Assembly (NCBI GenBank): GCA_031414955.1
Contig: JANOQV010000014.1
Span: forward strand, 1-54,956
Reading direction: 5' to 3'
DNA: 54,956 nucleotides
Origin: Pedosphaera sp.
Lineage (GTDB): Bacteria > Verrucomicrobiota > Verrucomicrobiia > Limisphaerales > SIBH01
In this document: positions 20,328 to 28,742 of the stretch, piece after piece
Layout: each line of letters begins with the position of its first letter
Numbering within the stretch: the stretch's first letter is position 1
Translations under genes and position numbers: made by a program
The notes under the pieces: model-generated
The model's input: the letters and a program-made list of their open reading frames with translations, nothing else
Told to the model about the DNA's origin: nothing
The model's database searches: none

Positions 20328-20482
20328 GCCTCAACAAACAGACCGCTTCCAAGGGCGTGTTCCGCCCAGACGCTGCCACTTGAACTTCATTTTCATTCCT
20401 GCGATTGGACTGAGGTTTGCTGAAAGAGCGGCTCCGAGCAAAAAAGAATTTCAATTTGAGCCAGATGATTCATTGTGCAGCC

Positions 20483-21331
20483 ATGTTCCCAGCGGTGGAC
20501 ACGAGCGATTCATTCGCAGTGCAAAGCGAAAGCGAGGACATTTTCTCCTCCCTGTTCCCGGAGGGGAACGCGGACTTCATCGCGCGCGGCTTCGGATGGG
20601 CCCGCCAATGGTTCACCGGCCATTACCCCGGCTATCTCGCCATAGACGCCCGGTACCACGACCTGGAGCACACCTTGCAGGGGACACTTTGCCTGGGCCG
20701 CCTCCTGCGCGGCCGGCATTTCGCCGGGATCCGCCCAGTTCTCACGGCTGAGATGTTCGAGGTGGGATTGCTGGCGATCCTCATGCACGACACCGGCTAC
20801 CTGAAACGCAGCGACGATGGCGAGGGCACGGGCGCGAAATACACTGTCACCCATGTGCGCCGCAGCGGGGAGTTTGCCCGGACCTTTCTTGAAGCCCACG
20901 CGTACCCGCCAGGCCTGATCACCTCGGTGCAGCAGATGATTCGATGCACGGGGGTGAACGTGGATCTGGGTGCCATTCCCTTTGCCAGCGAGCTGGAACG
21001 CACGATCGGCTACGCGCTGGGCACGGCCGACCTGCTGGGGCAGATGGCTGCGCCGGACTACGTGGAAAAACTTCCGGTGCTGTTCCTGGAATTTGAAGAA
21101 GCGGCCAGATTCAGTGCGGACGAATCGCCGCGTTCCATCCGTTTTCCCAGCGCCACCGCGCTGATGCGAAACACGCCGGTCTTTTGGGATAAGTATGTCC
21201 GGCCCAAAATCGATCACGACTTTGGCGCGCTCCATCGTTTCCTCTGCGACCCTTTTCCCGACGGTCCGAATCCCTACCTCCAAGCGGTGGAAGCCAATCT
21301 CGCCCGGCTCCGAGAACGCACGGCGGCCTAG
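20483..21331 (+). CDS. HD-superfamily metal-dependent phosphohydrolase
   Basis: YHDLEHT, LMHDTGY, THVRRS, TADLLG; ATG 20483 is the likely start. Confidence 0.8.
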   Translation: MFPAVDTSDSFAVQSESEDIFSSLFPEGNADFIARGFGWARQWFTGHYPGYLAIDARYHDLEHTLQGTLCLGRLLRGRHFAGIRPVLTAEMFEVGLLAILMHDTGYLKRSDDGEGTGAKYTVTHVRRSGEFARTFLEAHAYPPGLITSVQQMIRCTGVNVDLGAIPFASELERTIGYALGTADLLGQMAAPDYVEKLPVLFLEFEEAARFSADESPRSIRFPSATALMRNTPVFWDKYVRPKIDHDFGALHRFLCDPFPDGPNPYLQAVEANLARLRERTAA

Positions 21332-21404
21332 ATTCAATCACTCCTCGCTGGCCTTGGCCGGTGCCGCTGGACCAGGGCGAGGCGGCCCGCGCTGGTGGCG
21401 TCAG

Positions 21405-21460
21405 TTGGATTGTTGGAGCTTGGTGTTTCTTTGGTGTTTGGATTTTGAATTTTGGTGTTT
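21405..21460 (+). repeat. 55-bp heptamer element, copy B
   Basis: ttggatt g ttggagc ttggtgt ttct ttggtgt ttggatt ttgaatt ttggtgt tt, 9 nt before the pcrA GTG. Confidence 0.85.
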
Positions 21461-21469
21461 AATCCCGCC

Positions 21470-23488
21470 GTGTCTCGCGAGTACGTGCTGCAACCCTTTC
21501 ATGCGCCGGTCGAACTGCAAATCGACTACGCGCACGAACTCAATGAGCAGCAGCACGCCGCCGTCACCGCGCTGCCGGGACCGGCACTGGTCATCGCCGG
21601 CGCGGGTTCGGGCAAGACGCGCACGCTCACCTATCGTGTCGCGTATCTGCTGGAGCAGGGCATTCCGCCTGACCGCATCCTGCTGCTCACCTTCACCAAC
21701 AAGGCCGCGCGCGAGATGATGCGGCGCGTGGCGGACTTGCTCGGGCGCGACCTGCCGGAGTTGTGGGGCGGCACGTTTCATTCCATCGGGGTACGGGTCT
21801 TGCGCCGGCACGCGGAACTGGTGGGCTTTCGTCCCGACTTCACCATTCTCGACCGCGAGGATTCGAGCGATCTGCTCAAGACCTGCATCGCCGAGGCGGA
21901 GATTGATGTGAAGGCCACGCGCTTTCCCAAGGCCGACGTGGTGAACGACATCATCTCCATGGCGCTGAACACTCATCGCAGCGTGGCCGAAGTGGTGGCC
22001 CAGGATTACGATTACTTTGCCGCGCTCGCGCCGCAGATTGCTGATATCGCCGGGCGCTATCGCAAGCGCAAGCAAGCGGCGAACGTGATGGATTTCGACG
22101 ACCTGCTCGCGCTCTGGCTCAAGCTGCTCCAGGAGCACGAGGACGTGCGCGAACGGTTTCAGCGCCGCTTCCAGTTCATCCTCGTGGACGAGTATCAGGA
22201 CACGAACAAGCTCCAGAGCGACCTCATCGACCTGCTCGGCGCGAAGCACCGGAACGTGATGGTGGTGGGTGATGATTCGCAGAGCATCTACTCGTGGCGC
22301 GGCGCGAACTTCCGCAACATCCTCGAATTTCCGAAACGCTACCAGGGCGCGAAGACCTACAAGATCGAAGTCAATTACCGCAGCACGCCCGAGATTCTGT
22401 CCGTGGCCAATGCCGCCATTGCCGCCAACACCGAGCAGTTCACCAAGGAACTCACGGCGGCGAAGAAGTCCGGTCCCAAGCCCGTGCTCGTGACCTGTGG
22501 CGACGCAAATCAGCAGGCCTCCTTCATCGCGCAGCGCGTGCTGGAACTGCGCGAAGAAGGGCGCAGCATGAACGAGATGGCCGTGCTCTACCGCTCCCAC
22601 TTCCACGCCCTGGAACTGCAACTGGAATTCACCCGGCGCAACATCCCGTTCAGCATCACCAGCGGCATCCGCTTCTTCGAGCAGGCCCACATCAAGGACG
22701 TGGCGGCGTATCTCAAGCTCGTGACCAACTCGACGGACGAGCTTTCTTTCAAGCGCCTCGTGATGATGCTGCCAGGTGTGGGCGGAAAGGGCGCGGCGAA
22801 GTTGTGGGCGGCTTTCGCCCAGAAAATTCAAGATCCAGGATCCAAGGTCCAAAGTCCGCTCGCGGCGACGGTCCAGGGTTGTGCCAAGTCCGTGCCCAAG
22901 AAAGCGGAGAAAGCCTGGGCGCAATTCGCCATCACGCTTTCCCAGATCGAGATCGAGCCAGTGCGATCTCAGCCGTGGGAGATGATCCGCATCATCATTG
23001 AGGCCGGCTACGAGGATTATTTGCAGGAGACTTTTGCCAACTACCGCAACCGCCTCGAAGATCTGGAGCAACTCGCCAGCTTTGCCCGCACCTTCAAGTC
23101 CACGGCGGAGTTCCTGACCCAGCTCTCGCTCCTGACCAACCTCGAGGCGAACGACCAAGGCGCGAAGTCCAAGGACGACGAGGAGCAGATTCGACTTTCC
23201 ACCATTCATCAGGCCAAAGGTCTCGAGTTCGACGTCGTGTTCATCATCATGCTGTGCGACGGGCTGTTCCCCTCCGCGCGCTCCAGCGAATCCGTCGAGG
23301 GCGAGGAGGAAGAGCGCCGCCTGTTTTACGTCGCCATCACCCGCGCGCGCGATGAGTTGTATCTCAGCCACCCGCTCATGCGTGCCATGCAAGCCTACGG
23401 CGGCGATGCCATGCAGGAACCCTCTCGCTTCCTGAAGGAGCTTCCGCCGGAGTTGATCGACGAATGGAGCCTCAGCACGTACGGCTGA
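21470..23488 (+). CDS. pcrA: ATP-dependent DNA helicase, UvrD/PcrA family
   Basis: IAGAGSGKT, LTFTNKAA, LVDEYQDTN, VGDDSQSIY, NYRST, TIHQAKGLEF, EEERRLFYVAITRA. Confidence 0.93.
   Translation: MSREYVLQPFHAPVELQIDYAHELNEQQHAAVTALPGPALVIAGAGSGKTRTLTYRVAYLLEQGIPPDRILLLTFTNKAAREMMRRVADLLGRDLPELWGGTFHSIGVRVLRRHAELVGFRPDFTILDREDSSDLLKTCIAEAEIDVKATRFPKADVVNDIISMALNTHRSVAEVVAQDYDYFAALAPQIADIAGRYRKRKQAANVMDFDDLLALWLKLLQEHEDVRERFQRRFQFILVDEYQDTNKLQSDLIDLLGAKHRNVMVVGDDSQSIYSWRGANFRNILEFPKRYQGAKTYKIEVNYRSTPEILSVANAAIAANTEQFTKELTAAKKSGPKPVLVTCGDANQQASFIAQRVLELREEGRSMNEMAVLYRSHFHALELQLEFTRRNIPFSITSGIRFFEQAHIKDVAAYLKLVTNSTDELSFKRLVMMLPGVGGKGAAKLWAAFAQKIQDPGSKVQSPLAATVQGCAKSVPKKAEKAWAQFAITLSQIEIEPVRSQPWEMIRIIIEAGYEDYLQETFANYRNRLEDLEQLASFARTFKSTAEFLTQLSLLTNLEANDQGAKSKDDEEQIRLSTIHQAKGLEFDVVFIIMLCDGLFPSARSSESVEGEEEERRLFYVAITRARDELYLSHPLMRAMQAYGGDAMQEPSRFLKELPPELIDEWSLSTYG
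22824..22858 (+). repeat. In-frame heptamer run inside the helicase
   Basis: aaattca agatcca ggatcca aggtcca aagtccg, encoding KIQDPGSKVQSP. Confidence 0.7.
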
Positions 23489-23564
23489 GCCACGACCATT
23501 TGGTTCAACTCGGAAGACGTGGAAGCGGTCGCTTCAAAGTGGGGGTCAAGAGAGCACGATGCCA

Positions 23565-23592
23565 GGTAGGGCGCCGGTGTCCCCACCGCGCC
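23565..23592 (+). repeat. GTAG-type REP-like palindrome
   Basis: GGTAGGGCGCCGGTGTCCCCACCGCGCC; related doublet at 44135..44182. Confidence 0.55.
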
Positions 23593-23629
23593 GGGCCAAG
23601 AAGGGAGAGAACGCCCGCACTGGCGAACG

Positions 23630-23833
23630 CAGCGCCGGAGGCGCGGCAGAGAGTAGCCCACGGCGTGAGCCGTGCGACCATTCGTTCCGGGAGACCGCAG
23701 CCCCAGCGGGGCGGCAGAACCGCGACCCCAGTGGCGAGGTGGGTCTTCTGTCGCCCCGCTGGGGCTGGAGCCTTCGGCGACGTGATCCCACGGCTCACGC
23801 CGCGGGCTATTCTCTGCCGCCGCGCTGCGGCTG
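23630..23833. repeat. ~200-bp nested palindromic element (REPIN/MITE-like), copy 1
   Basis: Outer arms cagcgccggaggcgcggcagagagtagcccacggcgtgagccgtg / cacggctcacgccgcgggctattctctgccg...gctg; inner arms cagccccagcggggcggcagaa / ttctgtcgccccgctggggctg; second copy at 54765. Confidence 0.9.
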
Positions 23834-24054
23834 AAACGGGAGGCACGCCCCGGCCCACATCGGTGCAACACGGAAGGAGTGGAAGCGCTGGGTTCACCGC
23901 CGCGCCCGGAGGCCGGGGAGGCAACGGGTTCAGAGTGGGGTCGCAGGCGGGAGGGTGCCGCTTCGCATGGTTCGCTTCGGAGCAAGCGTATTGAAGGCAG
24001 CAAGGTTCATTTTCTTCTCGCCGTGCCGCGTCTTTGCTTCCTCAATCTCGCTCC

Positions 24055-25464
24055 ATGAAATCCTTTTGCCTCGTCGCCGCGCTGGCGTTGTCTGCGGTGC
24101 TACCCTGCACGGCGGCGGCGTGGCCGCAATTCCGCGGGCCGGAGGGGCTGGGCGTGGCCGAGGGGGCGGAGCCGCCCACGTTCTTCGGCACTGCCTCGAA
24201 TGTGTTGTGGAAGGCGGAACTGCCGCTGGGGCATTCGTCGCCCTGCGTGTGGGGGAACAAGGTTTTTCTCACCGGCTACGACGGCAAGAAACTGGAGACG
24301 CTCTGCCTGGACCGCAGCACGGGCACGGTGCTCTGGCGGGAGACGGCCCCGGCGAGCAAGATCGAACCGGCCCATCGCATCGCCACCCCCGCGTCGTCCA
24401 CGCCCGCGACGGATGGAGAGCGGGTCTATGCCTACTTCGGGTCGTTCGGGCTGCTGGCGTATGATTTGAACGGCAAGGAACTCTGGCGCGTGCCGTTGCC
24501 CGCGCCGATGGTCGAGTTCGGCACGGGCACGTCGCCCATTCTCGCGGGGGAGCGGGTCATCCTGGTGAGCGATCAGGATCAGGGATCGTTCCTGCTGGCG
24601 GTGGACCGGCGCACGGGCAAAACCATTTGGCGGGTGGAGCGGCCCGAATTCCGCCGCAGCTTTTCCACGCCGACGCTGTGGAAGAATGAAAGCGGGGTGG
24701 AACTGGTGGTGCCGGGGTCGATCTGGTTGACGAGCTACAACGTGGTAGATGGCACAGAGCGGTGGCGTTACAGCGGCACGTCGCGGGTGGCGAACAGCAC
24801 GCCGATCTTCGGCGATGGCCTGCTGTTCTACGCGAGCTGGAACATCGGTGGCGACGAGGGCGACCGGGTGACGATGCCCGTGTTCGAGGAGTTCGCGAAG
24901 GAGAGCGACAAGAACAGCGATGGAAAGTTGACGCGGGAGGAGATTCCGGCGGGTCCGGTGCGGGACAGGTTATCGCAGATGGATTTGAACAAGGACGGTT
25001 TCGTGACGCCCGTGGAGTGGCAGAACATGCGGGACATGTTTGCCAACACGGAAAACGCGGTCCTCGCGGTGCGGCCGGGCGGCCGGGGCGACATCACGAA
25101 GTCGCATGTGGCGTGGAAGAGCAAACGCAGCCTGCCGTATGTGTCCTCGCCGCTCTATTATCGCGGCCGGCTCTACACGGTGAAGAACGGCGGGCTGTTC
25201 TCGTGCTACGAGGCGAAGACGGGGCGGGTGCTTTACCAGGATGAACGGCTCGATGCGCCGGGGGATTATTATTCGAGCGCGGTGGCGGTGGGCGGGAAGA
25301 TTTACGTGGCGTCGCAGAAGGGCGTGGTGAGCGTGATCCAGGCGGGGGACGCGCTGGAGGTATTGGCGCGGAATGATTTGAAGGAACAAATCTTCGCCAC
25401 GCCGGCGGTGGTGGAGGGCGTGCTGTATGTGCGGACGGAGAAGGGGCTGTATGCGTTTAAGTGA
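24055..25464 (+). CDS. PQQ-like (BamB-type) beta-propeller protein with an EF-hand pair
   Basis: Signal peptide then WPQFRGP, SSP/STP...GKELW repeats; EF-hand loops DKNSDGKLTREE and DLNKDGFVTPVE. Confidence 0.9.
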   Translation: MKSFCLVAALALSAVLPCTAAAWPQFRGPEGLGVAEGAEPPTFFGTASNVLWKAELPLGHSSPCVWGNKVFLTGYDGKKLETLCLDRSTGTVLWRETAPASKIEPAHRIATPASSTPATDGERVYAYFGSFGLLAYDLNGKELWRVPLPAPMVEFGTGTSPILAGERVILVSDQDQGSFLLAVDRRTGKTIWRVERPEFRRSFSTPTLWKNESGVELVVPGSIWLTSYNVVDGTERWRYSGTSRVANSTPIFGDGLLFYASWNIGGDEGDRVTMPVFEEFAKESDKNSDGKLTREEIPAGPVRDRLSQMDLNKDGFVTPVEWQNMRDMFANTENAVLAVRPGGRGDITKSHVAWKSKRSLPYVSSPLYYRGRLYTVKNGGLFSCYEAKTGRVLYQDERLDAPGDYYSSAVAVGGKIYVASQKGVVSVIQAGDALEVLARNDLKEQIFATPAVVEGVLYVRTEKGLYAFK

Positions 25465-25471
25465 GAAGAGG

Positions 25472-27151
25472 ATGGAAGTGAGTGCGGTACAGGTGGAGCT
25501 TGTCGCGCTGCGACAAGCCCGCCCGCGTTCAGCGGGCGGTTCGAGTGAGGCGTGGATGCGAACCCAGTTGAGTTGCGCCGCTGAACGCGGCGCTACTCGT
25601 CGCAGCGCGACGAGTTCCACCACGCTGGCGAGGAGTAGCTGGAACTTCAGTGAGTGTCTGGCGCGCTGGTGTTTGGAGGTCATTGCATGTCTGGCCTTCC
25701 TGCTCCCCTGCTCCACCTTCGCCGCGGCCCGGCCAAACATCGTCTTCGTGCTCACGGATGATCAGGGCTATGGCGATCTGGGTTGCCACGGCAATCCGGT
25801 GCTGAAGACGCCGCACCTGGATGCCTTCCATCGCGAGAGCGTGCGCTTCACGGACTTCATGGTCAGCCCGACGTGCGCGCCGACGCGTTCGGCCTTGATG
25901 ACGGGGAGGCATGAGTTCCGCAACGGCGTCACGCACACCATCCTGGAGCGCGAGCGGATGACGACCAACGCGGTGACCATCGCGCAGGTGTTGCAACGGG
26001 CGGGTTACGCCACGGGCATTTTCGGCAAGTGGCATCTGGGCGACGAAGCTGAGTATCAGCCGGAGCGGCGCGGCTTTGACGAGGTGTTCATCCACGGCGC
26101 GGGCGGCATCGGACAGACGTATCCGGGAAGCGGTGGCGATGCGCCGGGCAACAGCTACTTCAATCCCTACATCCTGCACAACGGCCGTTTCGAACAGACG
26201 CAGGGCTATTGCACGGATGTGTTCTTCAACGAGGCGATGAAGTGGATGGAGGTAAAGCGCGCCAACCCGCAACCGTTCCTCGCCTGGATTGCGCTCAACG
26301 CTCCGCACGGACCGCTCCATGTGCCGGCGGAATACGAAAAGCCTTACGCGGGAAAGGTGGGCACGAACGCCGCGAAGTTCTTCGGCATGATTGCCAACAT
26401 CGACGATAACTTCGGGCGGCTGACGGCGAAGTTGCGCGAGTGGAAGATCGAGACCAACACGCTGGTGATTTTCATGACGGACAACGGCGGCACGGCGGGC
26501 GTGCCGGTCTTCAACGCGGGCATGCGCGGCGGCAAAGCCACGGCGTACCTCGGTGCCACGCGAGTGCCGTCGTTCTGGCGCTGGCCGGCAGCGTTTCAAG
26601 GCGGAGTGGATTGCGCAAAACTCACGGCGCATGTGGATTTGTTCCCGACCTTCGCCGAACTCGCCGGGGTGAAACTGGATGCGAAAGCTCGGGCCCAAGT
26701 GGAGGGCCGCAGTCTGTTGCCGCTGCTGGAAAATCCCATGGCGCCGTGGCCCGAACGGCAGTTGGTCACGCATGTCGGGCGCTGGGAGCGTGGGCAGGCG
26801 GCGGAGGCGAAGCTGATCAACGCCAGTATTCGTAACTCGCGCTTCCAACTCGTGTCGGCGGGGCAACCGAAGAATCAGACCACCGCGCCGCGCTGGGAAC
26901 TGTTCGACTTGAAGAACGATCCCGCACAGAAAACCGACGTGCGGGAGAAATTTCCCCAAGTCGCCCAGTCCCTGGAGTCGGCCTACGAGAAGTGGTGGAC
27001 CGACACACAGCCGTTCCTGGTGAATGAGAACGTCGAAGCACCGAAAGTGAATCCCTTCAAGGCGCTTTTCTGGAAACAGTATGGCGGCGGCCCGGATGAA
27101 GCCTTGCCACGCCGCATGGATCCGACGGCGGCGCGCGCCTTGAAGCCCTGA
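25472..27151 (+). CDS. Arylsulfatase (FGly-dependent sulfatase); start uncertain (25472 ATG or about 25673 TTG)
   Basis: RPNIVFVLTDDQGYGD, CAPTRSALMTGR (CxPxR), GKWHLG, TDNG, DLKNDP. Confidence 0.92.
   Translation: MEVSAVQVELVALRQARPRSAGGSSEAWMRTQLSCAAERGATRRSATSSTTLARSSWNFSECLARWCLEVIACLAFLLPCSTFAAARPNIVFVLTDDQGYGDLGCHGNPVLKTPHLDAFHRESVRFTDFMVSPTCAPTRSALMTGRHEFRNGVTHTILERERMTTNAVTIAQVLQRAGYATGIFGKWHLGDEAEYQPERRGFDEVFIHGAGGIGQTYPGSGGDAPGNSYFNPYILHNGRFEQTQGYCTDVFFNEAMKWMEVKRANPQPFLAWIALNAPHGPLHVPAEYEKPYAGKVGTNAAKFFGMIANIDDNFGRLTAKLREWKIETNTLVIFMTDNGGTAGVPVFNAGMRGGKATAYLGATRVPSFWRWPAAFQGGVDCAKLTAHVDLFPTFAELAGVKLDAKARAQVEGRSLLPLLENPMAPWPERQLVTHVGRWERGQAAEAKLINASIRNSRFQLVSAGQPKNQTTAPRWELFDLKNDPAQKTDVREKFPQVAQSLESAYEKWWTDTQPFLVNENVEAPKVNPFKALFWKQYGGGPDEALPRRMDPTAARALKP
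25492..25621. repeat. 130-bp REP-doublet palindrome
   Basis: ggtggagcttgtcgcgctgcgacaag ... ctcgtcgcagcgcgacgagttccacc, with an inner ccgcgttcagcg / cgctgaacgcgg pair. Confidence 0.8.
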
Positions 27152-27192
27152 ACGAGTCTCTGATCAGGAACCGGACAAACCTGGAATAATTC

Positions 27193-28494
27193 TCACCGCG
27201 GAATGACAACTTCCAAGCCCTCGCGTGCCGCTTCGACCAGCAGGTCTGCGCTCGCGAGCGAGCGCGCGTGCGCCAGCATGCGGGAGATGCGCTCATCGTC
27301 GTGCGTCGGGTCGTGGTGGAAGAGGTAGAGTTGCTTCACCTGCGCGCGGGTCGCGATGTCCACCACGTCATCCACGCAGGCATGGCCCCAGCCGATGCGC
27401 TGCTCATATTCGGCCGCATCGTATTGCGCATCCATGATGAGCACCTCCGCGCCGGAGATGAATTGGATCAGCTTCTCGTCCTGCTGCCGGGCAAATTCAA
27501 CGGCCCGCGCGTCGGCTCCAGCGGGCTTGGCTCTCATGCGGAGGAACGGCTCATTGTCCGGGATGAAGACCACCGCGCCCCCACGGGCCTCGATGCGATA
27601 GCCCACACAGATGCCGGGATGATTCACGAACATGGCCCGCACGCGCACCGGGCCCACGGTGAATTCCAGGTCGCGCAATTCCTCGATGGTGATGTTGCCG
27701 GGCAATTCCTTCAGTCCCACCGGAAAATACGGACTCTCCATCTGCGCGCCGAGCGTGGCGGCCAACCCTTGCCGGGCACCTTCGTAGCCGAGAATGCGCA
27801 CCGTGTTGCGCGGGTCGTAAGCCGGCACGAAAAACGGAAAGCCCTGGATGTGGTCCCAATGCGTATGAGTGAGCAGCAAGGTGATGTTCAGCGGCTGGTG
27901 GTTGAACTCCTGCTCGAGACTCAGCCCGAGCGGGCGAATGCCGGTCCCGGCATCCAGCACGATGATCTCACCCTCGGCACGCACTTCGACGCACGAGGTG
28001 TTGCCACCGTAAAAGTTTGTCCCCGGCCCCGGGGAGGCAATCGATCCGCGCACGCCCCAGAACTTCAACCACGTCGGCCCGTCGGCGAGGCGGCCGGGAG
28101 CAGCGGTCTCGACCGGCCTGGTCGGGCCTTCGCCCGAGGTCAGCCGCAGCAAGGTCGCGCCGAGTTCGGCGGGTTGGACCGGTTTGACGAGATACTCGTC
28201 GGCGCCAGCCTCGAGCGCGTTCAACTTGTCCGTGGAATAGCCGCGCCCGGAGAGCATCACGATTTTGGTGCCGTGCAATTCAGGGGTGGCGCGGATGGCC
28301 CGGCAAACCTGGTAGCCATTGCAGCGCGGCATGAGCAGGTCGCACACGACCACGGCGGGCTTGTGCTGACGGGCGAGGTTGAGGCCCGCCTCGCCATCCT
28401 CGGCGGCGAGCACTTTCCAGCCACGTTGTTCGAGCAACGCGCCCAGCATGGAGCGCAACGCGTCGTCGTCTTCAATGAGCAAAACCGCTTTCAT
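27193..28494 (-). CDS. Response-regulator receiver fused to an MBL-fold metallo-hydrolase
   Basis: LLIEDD...CDLLMP...KP receiver, then FWGVRGS, GGNTSC, LDAGTG, THTHWDHIQG, WGH, FHHDP. Confidence 0.9.
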   Translation of the reverse strand: MKAVLLIEDDDALRSMLGALLEQRGWKVLAAEDGEAGLNLARQHKPAVVVCDLLMPRCNGYQVCRAIRATPELHGTKIVMLSGRGYSTDKLNALEAGADEYLVKPVQPAELGATLLRLTSGEGPTRPVETAAPGRLADGPTWLKFWGVRGSIASPGPGTNFYGGNTSCVEVRAEGEIIVLDAGTGIRPLGLSLEQEFNHQPLNITLLLTHTHWDHIQGFPFFVPAYDPRNTVRILGYEGARQGLAATLGAQMESPYFPVGLKELPGNITIEELRDLEFTVGPVRVRAMFVNHPGICVGYRIEARGGAVVFIPDNEPFLRMRAKPAGADARAVEFARQQDEKLIQFISGAEVLIMDAQYDAAEYEQRIGWGHACVDDVVDIATRAQVKQLYLFHHDPTHDDERISRMLAHARSLASADLLVEAAREGLEVVIPR

Positions 28495-28742
28495 TCCCAG
28501 GCCAAACCTTCTTCTAAATCGTGGCTGATGGCGTGGACTCTAATTAAACAGCCCCGGATGGAAATGGAAAAAGCTGAAGGCGAGCGACGACGCGCGCGCT
28601 TTGAAGAAACAGCTCTGCCCACCATCACCCGCTCTGGGCAGGGTAAAAGCGGCGCTCAAAATCTCAACAAGCCTCATAGTCATCTCACATCGTCAGGCCA
28701 GGGACGCAAATAAAACAACTCAACCCACGAGTTCGACCGGGC

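Noticed and set aside
21401..23392. 663-aa minus-strand ORF
   Set aside because: Antisense shadow of pcrA caused by high-GC codon bias.
23395..24003. Several ORFs across the pcrA to PQQ-propeller gap
   Set aside because: They are translations of GC-rich palindromic repeats with no protein-like features.
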